From the IMG/VR virus record IMGVR_UViG_3300032225_000532, positions 1-48,847 of that record: a stretch of 48,847 nucleotides of DNA. The stretch is one strand, 5' to 3'. This document shows, piece after piece, positions 37,301-43,362 of the stretch. The notes below the pieces were generated by a model that saw only the letters and a list, made by a program, of their open reading frames with translations, was not told where the DNA came from and made no database searches. A program made the translations under genes and the position numbers. Origin of the DNA: a virus. Its lineage: Duplodnaviria > Caudoviricetes. Each line of letters opens with the position of its first letter. Within the stretch, counting starts at the first letter, position 1.

Positions 37301-38236
37301 AGCAAGTACTGCCCCACCCAAGAAGTTGTCAAAGTATTCCTGACGAGCTTCTGGGTCAGTGATGCTCAATCCTGCTTGGGCACGCTCAAAAACTTGTTGG
37401 CCTGCTTCAGTCAGGCCTTCAATTCCCATCGTCTTACCGGTAGTGAGCAAGTAGTCAGCAGCAGTCTTCTTCAGACCTTCTTCGGCAAAATTCCTAACCT
37501 CTTCCTTGCCAAGCTTTAAACCAGCACTCTCAAACATTTTCCCAAGACCGGGCATCATGTGCAGGCTGAATGTGTCCAGCGCTGCCTGAGGAATGGCAGC
37601 TAGTGCTGCGGCAGTGAGGTTTGTTTCCTCAAGGCTCTTGCCTTCATCCTGTTGGCGTGAAAGATTGGAGCCGGTGAATTGAGCCGCTGACGTAGCCCCA
37701 GCCAGCCCAGTTGCCACTCTAGTGCCAGCTTTGGTAAGGCCATAGCGAGTAGCTGTTCCAAGGCCTAATTCTGCTGCTGGGAGCGCCTCAGCTAATCCAG
37801 CGGCTACAGCAGCCTCAGGAGCCAATGCCACACCACCAGCCACTGCCGCACCAGCCAAAGCGGGAGCAGCCATGTATGGCAATGAGCCACCCAGCAGTTC
37901 TTTTACGTGGGTAAATGGCGCTTCTGCCCAACCTTCTTCAGTTGGTTTAAACGTGTCAGCTTGATATTTCTTTTGCTCTGCAATGTACTTCTCTGCTGCG
38001 GGCAAATCCATCAGACCGGTACGACCAGCCAGTCCAGCAACGTCTGCCTTGAGTGCAGAGTACCCAGCCTTTAGGGCAGGGAAGAACCCGCCTTCTGGGT
38101 GCGCTTCAGGCTGGGCAGGTTTTGTCTCAAACGCCTCAGGGTATTTCTGCATAGCACGTTGCCATGCATCCCTTGGGTCTTGTCCCTCTGCAACAGGGTA
38201 ATACGCGCCATTGGGTAGAGGTAGGTAGTTAGCCAT
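28301..38236 (-). CDS. Giant polyvalent virion/ejection protein: HExxH peptidase, HhH-like, GNAT-like, HDxxGH, ART-like and LPD38-like modules
   Basis: 3311 aa at the end of the ejection-protein cluster; HETIH; GPKLGAFYANL..MDLWW..QAALW; KLDAFD..LPQIY..NGF; HDFYGH..GEENA; MYHGT..GFDG..QIKS; KLPIPFEVG LPD38-like C-terminus. Confidence 0.85.
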   Translation of the reverse strand: MANYLPLPNGAYYPVAEGQDPRDAWQRAMQKYPEAFETKPAQPEAHPEGGFFPALKAGYSALKADVAGLAGRTGLMDLPAAEKYIAEQKKYQADTFKPTEEGWAEAPFTHVKELLGGSLPYMAAPALAGAAVAGGVALAPEAAVAAGLAEALPAAELGLGTATRYGLTKAGTRVATGLAGATSAAQFTGSNLSRQQDEGKSLEETNLTAAALAAIPQAALDTFSLHMMPGLGKMFESAGLKLGKEEVRNFAEEGLKKTAADYLLTTGKTMGIEGLTEAGQQVFERAQAGLSITDPEARQEYFDNFLGGAVLAGVLGPAGRYVERGHAQARYDMGEAAKQQAAQQEQLKLDALAAAEEERKKSSPEYFQTLSAEYKAAEQAKNDLKGQLRKVVAGSETETADRLHNQEITAQLKEMSPGVTALAAEYNRLLKVQPKAEETTVTPPVKPNLAVGDMLDNPLGNFTKEELASRAPTVAKYIDTQRKKAGKPALDTYSIEDIRNAMPNQLPEAEQADLSSLIAAKSGHTGEITYKPTDVLEVAKQKNIDTTTEGFKDFLRRSTGDAELEQLTQPQLHSAFTALSSLPRFEETQILPQKRNATDYSKEQYDKAVAALQKLVEDRKLGGTEVVKEGEKPIAKPVSIDEANQVIKDQTGLKNDADVQTLFREANRNGDIDLNSKNEVTYQQKGAQAEFNIEEGTAPAEGTGFNVMRDGKMLFATNDEAEATAKAEKLGKDAAPAIQQIDKSINKENATVADSQKALDAMEAEGKFNTPQYTQAAARHAGVVDKANKTIQNLNAKKQMLQKPVTVQKAGKPTNRKTFTVKEKGVEEKAFNTRQEAEQHALENLPEERLNELATQTKAPGFANRLKKEQERRKKPVLALPAPKPPAPKGPSAEATALHAKLLPMLRKFGLGDVALKIEEAMVDEGSYGASVVTVALDAANPVRVLRHETIHGLKDLGFFTPGQWRILEEKADKEWTDKYLKQRSRDGSPLKAGEESRYDAYKKYYKGDMDKVREEAIADAFADFDVNGAPKGLFAQLLDAMRKFFRNLRAALNGAGYETAEDIFGKVERGELKATKAAENEEAKPSLRTAEEGVPLSTRAIMEQNTAFAQNELGLETVKKKGAANSNNVRDVAIALNNKTLQEHGRMDEKNHTPEDVQRIADAMADEVSYQLTTKSKTGTGTGWYSHNYPNAVKLLAARFPELAESQYARSVFSALVAVTSNGERVDKNIDNAIKLYADLRTGKPLVAMGNRRPTALEKNLVAIQDLMNDYGEANFENELRREITVKEMNAFLRSKGEKTNNDYLANSRVPAAAIYFGPKLGAFYANLSGSEGYLTMDLWWTRSINRMRGLLIPRATEASIDKFREMMGMPEATREEVVAASIPLRNKYKEYGYTTELEHLAKSKEPDTNAKKPAWTAKAKRVAGSAYPQLEFEHRLEKMANTIHKNEYEMLEEAPFGAGDRRFMYDAAKKAQSILAKDGIKLTLADIQAALWYYEKRLYAKLTGRTADDIGYEEAIIAKSREGTGRERPSVVFTGQPNGGNDGARAVEVSNQRGQGDDQKRASLRTAIQSYRGRNEAAPDSHTREGFRDGEGVRVLGRESIAAYVPTEDFKNTVGEFNHKSPTFYEMNPEDADAFKDSIEQSKSSSKYGAAVGVYSEEEYSKMRTFLTKDGKAGFALKNNDIVSVFTSPEHKGAASSILQLAVQEGGRKLDAFDTILPQIYYDNGFKVTGRSAWNEEYIPDNWDKKTFQEFNNGEPDVVYMVYDPENDTPPSVKSPDQYFEDYDDLIKAQDDAVEKYFNEGVGYGTKEQNQRARELKAEAERLPKQGGVRRSVRLLDDETRAKYPYVEEPVEGLPAKAKVDGVEVTFGPYVPAREAAILHAEKSGIPYRQQASYYKIDPAFSKRLADAFLQMKDNPSAPEVKAAYDAWADETIAQYKAMLKTGITIEFMPNNRDPYGNPRNAILDVINNNHLYVFPADGGFGSAAITEEQIKKNPALALTDIMISGRPARVVEVFRATHDFYGHVKEGFGFRAEGEENAFQSHVRMYSPLAARAMTAGTRGQNSVVNFGPYAEFNKTASGEETKYADQKIGLLPQWATDTNITPDVRASLRTAPQTAEFKQWFGDSKVVDANGNPKVMYHGTARDITAFKSKQAGAIFLTEDPEFAGKFSNMSVDWMASHAEEFLTPQQMKDAVQLAIKNVKSEYGKTKTSVSIIKSLQSDKPVGEAADRLVEAYKEMLPSGPNIVPAYVKAENPFDYANSAHVNKVVASLKDNVGDYPIMLGDGRMVRYKDIGPVIKVGNWNAIESEDVQQAIKDAGFDGFYILEQGRKNLAVYEPSQIKSATGNEGTYDINNPDIRKSLRTAPDWVPQNIWDLHEKVNRAEDLASGRVASDLRPQDLKREQTMSFRRLNKAVEDYVGKDFNKVNALMVRMNEETGRREREQENREPARASLRTNVKKDISSMPNGAAILATMSRVTPPRETKGFAERITNALAPEAFSYIRQNFLDRYNRLNDYDKMVAKQMGGIELLADQSAHWASLNSDMAAGVTASALGVGDRMGGTVVLKNGYFTVSTLNGTVKGLVEIISPLARHGDPDIYRSYQIWSAAKRGTRLSREGRFELMTPQEIKDALTLEQKYPEFVDVQKEWIKFNNGIVKMQVDAGIITQAAGQEFMKYSDYLPLYRQMDGENTLGPSIYQSIAGVKAPKTLTGKGTGPIEDYLETIVRNTQAAIQASMKNVAAKKAVENGMILGMVTKLPAVSSSPDTITILENGKKVSYQCADKLWVEAVSSLNLPELPFLSILAKPADILRTLVTKDPGFMLANMMRDSVSAYITSGANINPVVSTVKNFGDVMMHRSPSYQALLNAGVLGGYEFSRNVEAGAEALAKDLRKKTGTQSGAEKLFKPFTGVWDFLEHGTGASDAATRIAVYESTLKETGNEAEAIRRALEVMNFNRKGRSAVVRIAAAAIPFLNARVQGLDVFFRAGVRPFYDKNATAYEKQVQKAMLIRGATLMALSTMYAAAVMGDPDYEKQEQETKDNYWLIPSLGIKLPIPFEVGTLFKTIPERIYRYYYGADTSKDLADSMKRALQSTFAFNPVPQAVAPLMEARDNYSVFTQRPIVSEAMKNIAPEYQVNASTSKFAEFLGKQTGTSPIMLDHIYKGYTGTMGTYLSDVMDAVYSAGSDNPKASQRFEQTPVLKRFLLDPEARGQVSAFYDLKHSVDQTVRTVNLLEKQASPDLAGYVNENISMLGVKKYVSSVDTQMLKLNAQAAMIRSTPMPADEKRKMLDEIAKTQDMLTSSIQLVRKMAQP
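32641..32820 (-). CDS. Overprinted +1-frame small protein nested in the giant gene (59 aa)
   Basis: MELRNKIKELENSKPKQSDFPSKEEYEEAYGYWMTRQGQSIPMLRSLLKGSPQKQKSME; GAGGGCGTAGGAT before the ATG; spans a module junction. Confidence 0.6.
   Translation of the reverse strand: MELRNKIKELENSKPKQSDFPSKEEYEEAYGYWMTRQGQSIPMLRSLLKGSPQKQKSME
33442..33708 (-). CDS. Overprinted +1-frame small protein nested in the giant gene (start uncertain; 33609 would give 55 aa)
   Basis: ...DPLWSSLDNLTAGMTAQERSRYLINAVKEM...NPIEDAMKQHPTLTREKALEMAKEFGY; amphipathic-helical; spans a module junction. Confidence 0.6.
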   Translation of the reverse strand: MTSDTKKQSLRNPERVLDERDPLWSSLDNLTAGMTAQERSRYLINAVKEMTKSGQASEQPFNPIEDAMKQHPTLTREKALEMAKEFGY

Positions 38237-38244
38237 GAGCTTTG

Positions 38245-40125
38245 TTAGGGGTTATAGATTGGCCCATTGGGCTTGCTAACAACTGGAGGCATAAGTGAAG
38301 ACCTCACAACATTCTTGTGCATGTTCCACATATCAACATCTGCTTTTGGATTGAATGCTGGGTTATTCATATTATCTTTTAGATAATCTTCTGCTTTTAT
38401 AAGCCTAGCTTTATCCAGCATACCTTCTTGTCTGCCAGACATAGCAATGTTATAACCTGCGACAACATCACCTTTACCCAGCGCTGCAAATAGTTTCTGT
38501 TGGTCTCCGGGCATTCCTGCAATCTCTCTATGCAAGGCAAGACCTGCCGCAGCCTGAGCAGCAGCAGCAGCGCGTGCTTTGGCGCTTTCAGTAGCTTGAA
38601 ATACTTGATTTGCCCGATTCTCACCAGATTGGTATTCTCTATTTCTAGCAGCTTCAGCCGCGTGATATGCAATTTGCTTATCAGCAGTCTTATCAGCAGC
38701 AATAGCAGCAAACAATGTTTGTGCATCAGCCCTGCTAAGTTTGTACATTTCCATAAGAGAAGAAATACCTTCATTGGTAGAAGCAATTTTTCCTTCTTCC
38801 ATAGCAACTTTTGCAGCTTCAATCTCTTTGCTGGACATGTTATTGAGGTTAAACCGCAAATCATCATGTGCGTCTTTGGCATCCTCAATCTTCTGACGAG
38901 CGGCTTCGTTCATCTTCAAGCCTTCGGTGTACTGACCAACGCCCTTCTGTGCGCCTTCAGCAATACCAGCGAGACCTTTGCCGGTCGATTGCATCATCGA
39001 CAAACCAGCGTTAATCAAAGACATGTTTAGGTTTACATCGTCTTGTTGATTTAAACGTTCTTCACGTTGTTTGATGCGCTGCTCTTTCCCGCTGAGAAGG
39101 CCCTCAATTCCTGCTTTACGTTCGTTTGCCCCAGCAAGTTTTAAATTTGCCATTTCTTCACGAGATGCTCTATTTGCTGCATGTCCCTCTGCACTTGGGT
39201 CAACTATTGGGCCTTGGTCATCTTTAGCTTGTTGAAACAAGGTTCTCAGTCCTTCGCCCTGTGCTGGCACATAAGGTACTTCTTTGTATGTGGACGCTAC
39301 AGGTGCAGTAACGCTAGTGTCAACACGAGGGCCACCGCCGCCTGTAGAAGGCGGTTGAGATGAAGGAATAGCTCGTTCAGGTGAATTAACGGCTCCTCGA
39401 TTTCCTTGACCACCGCCTGCTCCAGAATTTGGTAGTGGTATTTTGTTCCCATAATTACTACCGGTGTACTGACTCTCAGGACTATAGTCCTTTGCTGAAG
39501 AAGTTATGGGAGTAGAAGCCACGGGAATGTTTATTCCTGCGCGTATTGCTTGCGCTCTTTCAACTCCAGTTAACGGTTCATTTCGGCTTATTTTGGCTTT
39601 TAAGTAATTTGTACCTGCATCTGTAAGGCCTGCATTTACCGATTGAAGCATTTCTTTGATGCCTGTTCCAATTGATTCACCAGTTTTTCCAGCATTCTGA
39701 TACATGGCTGCTGTTTCAGCGGATATAGGTAAACCTCTGACTTGACTGCCATTTTCCCCACTGAACGCCACAATGCCACCACCAGCGGCACGTACCACCT
39801 TCTGCATATTAGGCGCAGGTATCTGAGCAATTCCTGTTTCTTCAGGCAGCTTGGCCTGTGGCTCAGGGGCCATGCTTGCCACCACCTGTTGGTTCACAGG
39901 AGGAGGAGCGGCTCCAGTTTCTTGAGCAGCCAAAGACTGAGCTTGCTTGCTGACTTGGTTATCTACAAACTTTGCAGCGGACAACATCATGGGGTCATCC
40001 ATGTGCAACTGCGCAAACTGCTTGCGCTGTCCGGGGGTCATTTCTATCAGATGGGCAATGACGGCATTGATATTCATCGGGCCGGTAATGCCAGCCGACT
40101 GGGGGTTCAATGGCTGAAGATTCAT
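38245..40125 (-). CDS. Internal virion/ejection protein
   Basis: 626 aa; A/Q-rich helical with coiled coils; position in the cluster. Confidence 0.7.
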   Translation of the reverse strand: MNLQPLNPQSAGITGPMNINAVIAHLIEMTPGQRKQFAQLHMDDPMMLSAAKFVDNQVSKQAQSLAAQETGAAPPPVNQQVVASMAPEPQAKLPEETGIAQIPAPNMQKVVRAAGGGIVAFSGENGSQVRGLPISAETAAMYQNAGKTGESIGTGIKEMLQSVNAGLTDAGTNYLKAKISRNEPLTGVERAQAIRAGINIPVASTPITSSAKDYSPESQYTGSNYGNKIPLPNSGAGGGQGNRGAVNSPERAIPSSQPPSTGGGGPRVDTSVTAPVASTYKEVPYVPAQGEGLRTLFQQAKDDQGPIVDPSAEGHAANRASREEMANLKLAGANERKAGIEGLLSGKEQRIKQREERLNQQDDVNLNMSLINAGLSMMQSTGKGLAGIAEGAQKGVGQYTEGLKMNEAARQKIEDAKDAHDDLRFNLNNMSSKEIEAAKVAMEEGKIASTNEGISSLMEMYKLSRADAQTLFAAIAADKTADKQIAYHAAEAARNREYQSGENRANQVFQATESAKARAAAAAQAAAGLALHREIAGMPGDQQKLFAALGKGDVVAGYNIAMSGRQEGMLDKARLIKAEDYLKDNMNNPAFNPKADVDMWNMHKNVVRSSLMPPVVSKPNGPIYNP

Positions 40126-40129
40126 TTTG

Positions 40130-41059
40130 TTATCCCATGCTATTGATGAGAAGCTGAGGCAATCCGCCTTTTACCAAGCCACCTTTGGCAAAAACTGGTG
40201 ATGGATTATTTTTAGTGTACTGGTTATATGAACCAAGTACACCAGCGGCTGCTGTACCTAATCCTGCTACTTGATTAAGCATAGATGGTGCTTGTTGATA
40301 AACATTGGTTCCGGTCTGAGTTAGCGGCGCACCACGAATAATGTCTGACATGAAACCGAGGTTTTTGAACGGGTAGTTCTGTTCCGCAGCGTAGTTCTGC
40401 TGGCCCACATTGAGCAAGTTCTGGGCTTGTTGCTGTTGCTGCCCGCCAATTTGGTTTTGAAGTCCCAATGCAGCTTGGCCCTGCTGTCCCAATAGGGAAT
40501 ACCCTTGGAGTCCTTTGGCTTGGTCTGCGTTGTATTGCTGCTGGGCAGAGTTGTATGCGTTCTGCATACCAGTGGCTGTAATGTCACCTTTTTGCAATGC
40601 AAGATTGCGCTCACGTTCTGCCCGCATGATGGCATCACGGCTACCGCCAAAAGCTCCTGCTTGGGTTGCTTGGGCTTGTTGCTGGGTTCCAGCTACTTCC
40701 GATTGCCGCTGCGCATCCCGTTGCTGCTGTTCAATGACGCTTTGGATGTAGGGCGACATGTACTGCTGGGCTTGTTCCTGCCCAAACCGCTGACCGGATA
40801 GCGCTTGTATTCCTTGCAGAGCAGCTTGGGAGTAGTTAGCCCCCTCACCTCCTAAACCTTCAGCTTGTTTAAATGATTGCTGCTGCAAGGGGTTAAACGC
40901 AGCTACTTGCTCACCACTCAAGCCGTACTTCTTGGCCCAATCTTGGTAGCTTTGATATGGCTGAGAAGAAGCTGCTTGGGCTGCTCCAAGAAGTCCCTCT
41001 GCATAAGGGGCAATTACCGGCGCAAAGCCTGTTTGGTACTGTACTGTTTGGTCTGCCAT
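40130..41059 (-). CDS. Internal virion/ejection (DNA pilot-like) protein
   Basis: 309 aa; Q/G/A-rich; YMSPY, AGAFGGSR; hydrophobic C-terminal GLGTAAAGVLG. Confidence 0.75.
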   Translation of the reverse strand: MADQTVQYQTGFAPVIAPYAEGLLGAAQAASSQPYQSYQDWAKKYGLSGEQVAAFNPLQQQSFKQAEGLGGEGANYSQAALQGIQALSGQRFGQEQAQQYMSPYIQSVIEQQQRDAQRQSEVAGTQQQAQATQAGAFGGSRDAIMRAERERNLALQKGDITATGMQNAYNSAQQQYNADQAKGLQGYSLLGQQGQAALGLQNQIGGQQQQQAQNLLNVGQQNYAAEQNYPFKNLGFMSDIIRGAPLTQTGTNVYQQAPSMLNQVAGLGTAAAGVLGSYNQYTKNNPSPVFAKGGLVKGGLPQLLINSMG

Positions 41060-41067
41060 GTCAACTC

Positions 41068-43065
41068 CTATGCGGGAAGGTGGCGCACAGCTTTGCTGTT
41101 CGTTGCCACTTGGTCTTTACCGACGGTCTTTGCACGACCGGCTTGGATTCTGTCCATCATCTTGTACAACTCACGAGCACCTGCGTCTGTGGAACCGTTG
41201 CCAATCTCTGACACGATTCGGGCAGGAATCACAAATTCGCCATCTGCAAGGCGGGCTGGCTGACCGTGACCAATTGTAGCTGGGATGTCGTCTGAAACGC
41301 CATCTCCGGGGCCTTTGAGCAAGCGTCCGCCATCGGAGTAGGAGCCGAGATTGTATTGGTGCAAATCGGCTATGCCGCCACCATCCGCATATACCTGCGG
41401 GCCTTTGTAGCTAAACTTGCCATTTGCATAGAACGGCTGCGGCGGGCGCAGGTGACCGCTGATGCCGCCGTGGGCCATGTGTTCAATACCGTAGGGGGTG
41501 GCAAGACCGCCTATAGCCGCTTGACTTCCGCCCACATTATCACCAGACTGAGTCATGGAATTGCTGTACCCACCGGGGTTTACATTACCTTGACCGCCGC
41601 CACCACCCTCATGTGTTCTACCAGCATCAAATGCTGCTACTCGCGCATCTTGCTGGGCTTGGGCATCTGCTCTGGCAATTGCGTCTCTTGATGTTTGTGC
41701 ATTTGCATCATTGGCAATCTGCTGCTGGGGAGTAACTGTACGCCCCGCTTCAGGCCCACCAAGAGATGGGCTATAGAAGTTTCCATTGAAATCCGCTTCT
41801 GTTTTTACCAAACCGGGAAAATCTTGTGCTGCTTGGAATGGGTCGCTTAGGCTAATACCTCCGCCAAAAGGAAGTTTGACGGTGTTGGCTATTTTGCCCA
41901 AAATTCCACCGGGCATAACAAATGTTTTAAAGCCTTCTGCAAAAGCATTTTTAATTGGATGCTCTTGTACAAATTTAGCATCTATTGCATCTCGTACTTC
42001 TTTGGGGGAATTCCAATAACCTTCTCTTGTATAAGTTGACCCTGTTGTTGGGTCAATTCCATAATCAGAAATCAATTGTTTGTTTTGCTCATCTCTTTGT
42101 TCTTGGGTTTGCCCGCCACCACCGCTGGTTCTGTTAATGACGTTCCCATACTGGTCATACTGCTGGTCTAGTATGGGCGTGGTCGGCGTAATAGGCTTAG
42201 GCATGTACGGGCTATAGTCAATCTGTGGGGCAGCGGTATGTGTAAACTGCATGGGGTTTTCTCCCCGACCCATCAGGTAATCGTAGACACGCTGCGAGTC
42301 TGTCGCTGTTCCGCCTGAAGCCATGCCATGCGCTTTCTGATACTCAGACTGTCCTACAGCACCATATGAACCGGCTGTTCCGGCTTCAGAAGACACGTCC
42401 TTATTGGGGTCACCGCCCGCTTCATAGACACCCACTTGCTTATACTGCCCAGTAACGGGGTCAAGCGCATACTTGCGGATGTAACCTTTCTTTTGTGTTG
42501 GTGTTTCTGTATCTTCTTCACCCAACATATCTGCCGCAGCAGGAGCCAAACCTGCCAATATGGGTAGACTGCCTTTCAACACACTGCCGCCACCAAGAGT
42601 TTTGAGTGAAGCCATAGGTGCATCCACAAAATTACCCGCACCGGTTCCAACAGCCGCTTGATACTCAGGAGCCGCCATAGCAGCAGTATCCGCACCCGCT
42701 GCGCCTAACCCAGCCAAACCGCCAACCATGCCAGCGCCGCCATAAGCGCCAAGGCCCGCCATCAAACCTTTGCTCAAATCCTTGGAGTCCAGCGCAGTCA
42801 CACCCCCAACAATCCCAGCAGCCGTAAGCGGGTCAATTGTTCCGCCGCTGAAATAGGAGATTCCTGCTCCAGCAACGGCTGGAAGAATGCTGTCCAAGAA
42901 TCCCGCCTCGGGAAGTCCAGTACTAGGGTTTACACCAAGTTGACCACCATGCTTTTGAGCAAGTGCATTTAAACCAGCCACTTCCCGGTTGGACATGTGG
43001 ACGAGGGTGGAGTCTGGGCCTCGACCCTTTTGGGCTAGGTGTTGGGCGACAAGTTGAAGGCTCAT
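41068..43065 (-). CDS. Internal virion/ejection protein
   Basis: 665 aa; GRGPDSTLVHM, NPSTGLPEA, G/A-rich membrane-active segment, GPGDGVSDDIPA..LADGEFV. Confidence 0.75.
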   Translation of the reverse strand: MSLQLVAQHLAQKGRGPDSTLVHMSNREVAGLNALAQKHGGQLGVNPSTGLPEAGFLDSILPAVAGAGISYFSGGTIDPLTAAGIVGGVTALDSKDLSKGLMAGLGAYGGAGMVGGLAGLGAAGADTAAMAAPEYQAAVGTGAGNFVDAPMASLKTLGGGSVLKGSLPILAGLAPAAADMLGEEDTETPTQKKGYIRKYALDPVTGQYKQVGVYEAGGDPNKDVSSEAGTAGSYGAVGQSEYQKAHGMASGGTATDSQRVYDYLMGRGENPMQFTHTAAPQIDYSPYMPKPITPTTPILDQQYDQYGNVINRTSGGGGQTQEQRDEQNKQLISDYGIDPTTGSTYTREGYWNSPKEVRDAIDAKFVQEHPIKNAFAEGFKTFVMPGGILGKIANTVKLPFGGGISLSDPFQAAQDFPGLVKTEADFNGNFYSPSLGGPEAGRTVTPQQQIANDANAQTSRDAIARADAQAQQDARVAAFDAGRTHEGGGGGQGNVNPGGYSNSMTQSGDNVGGSQAAIGGLATPYGIEHMAHGGISGHLRPPQPFYANGKFSYKGPQVYADGGGIADLHQYNLGSYSDGGRLLKGPGDGVSDDIPATIGHGQPARLADGEFVIPARIVSEIGNGSTDAGARELYKMMDRIQAGRAKTVGKDQVATNSKAVRHLPA

Positions 43066-43361
43066 GTTTTTACCTTTAGTACGTTACCGGCAGTTGTATC
43101 ATAGTAAATATCTCCAACCCGTAAATTAGACAAATCTGCTTGAGTTGGCAAGCTAGGAGTTGTTGTGTTCCCTGTTGGCGGGGCGCTTATTGCTGCAATG
43201 ATTTTAGTCCCATTTCGCTGGGTACTGATGTCCACAGGCCCTGCGTTGTCCAATTGGTTGAAGTACAGCGACAGCACTTTGAAGATGCCGTTAAAGGCCA
43301 CAGCATCGTATTCGTTTGGCACTGCCGGGATTCGGGGGGCTACTACGTTTTTTTGACCCAT
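43062..43361 (-). CDS. Small tail-associated protein
   Basis: 99 aa from MGQKN; GDIYYDT. Confidence 0.7.
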   Translation of the reverse strand: MGQKNVVAPRIPAVPNEYDAVAFNGIFKVLSLYFNQLDNAGPVDISTQRNGTKIIAAISAPPTGNTTTPSLPTQADLSNLRVGDIYYDTTAGNVLKVKT

Positions 43362-43362
43362 A

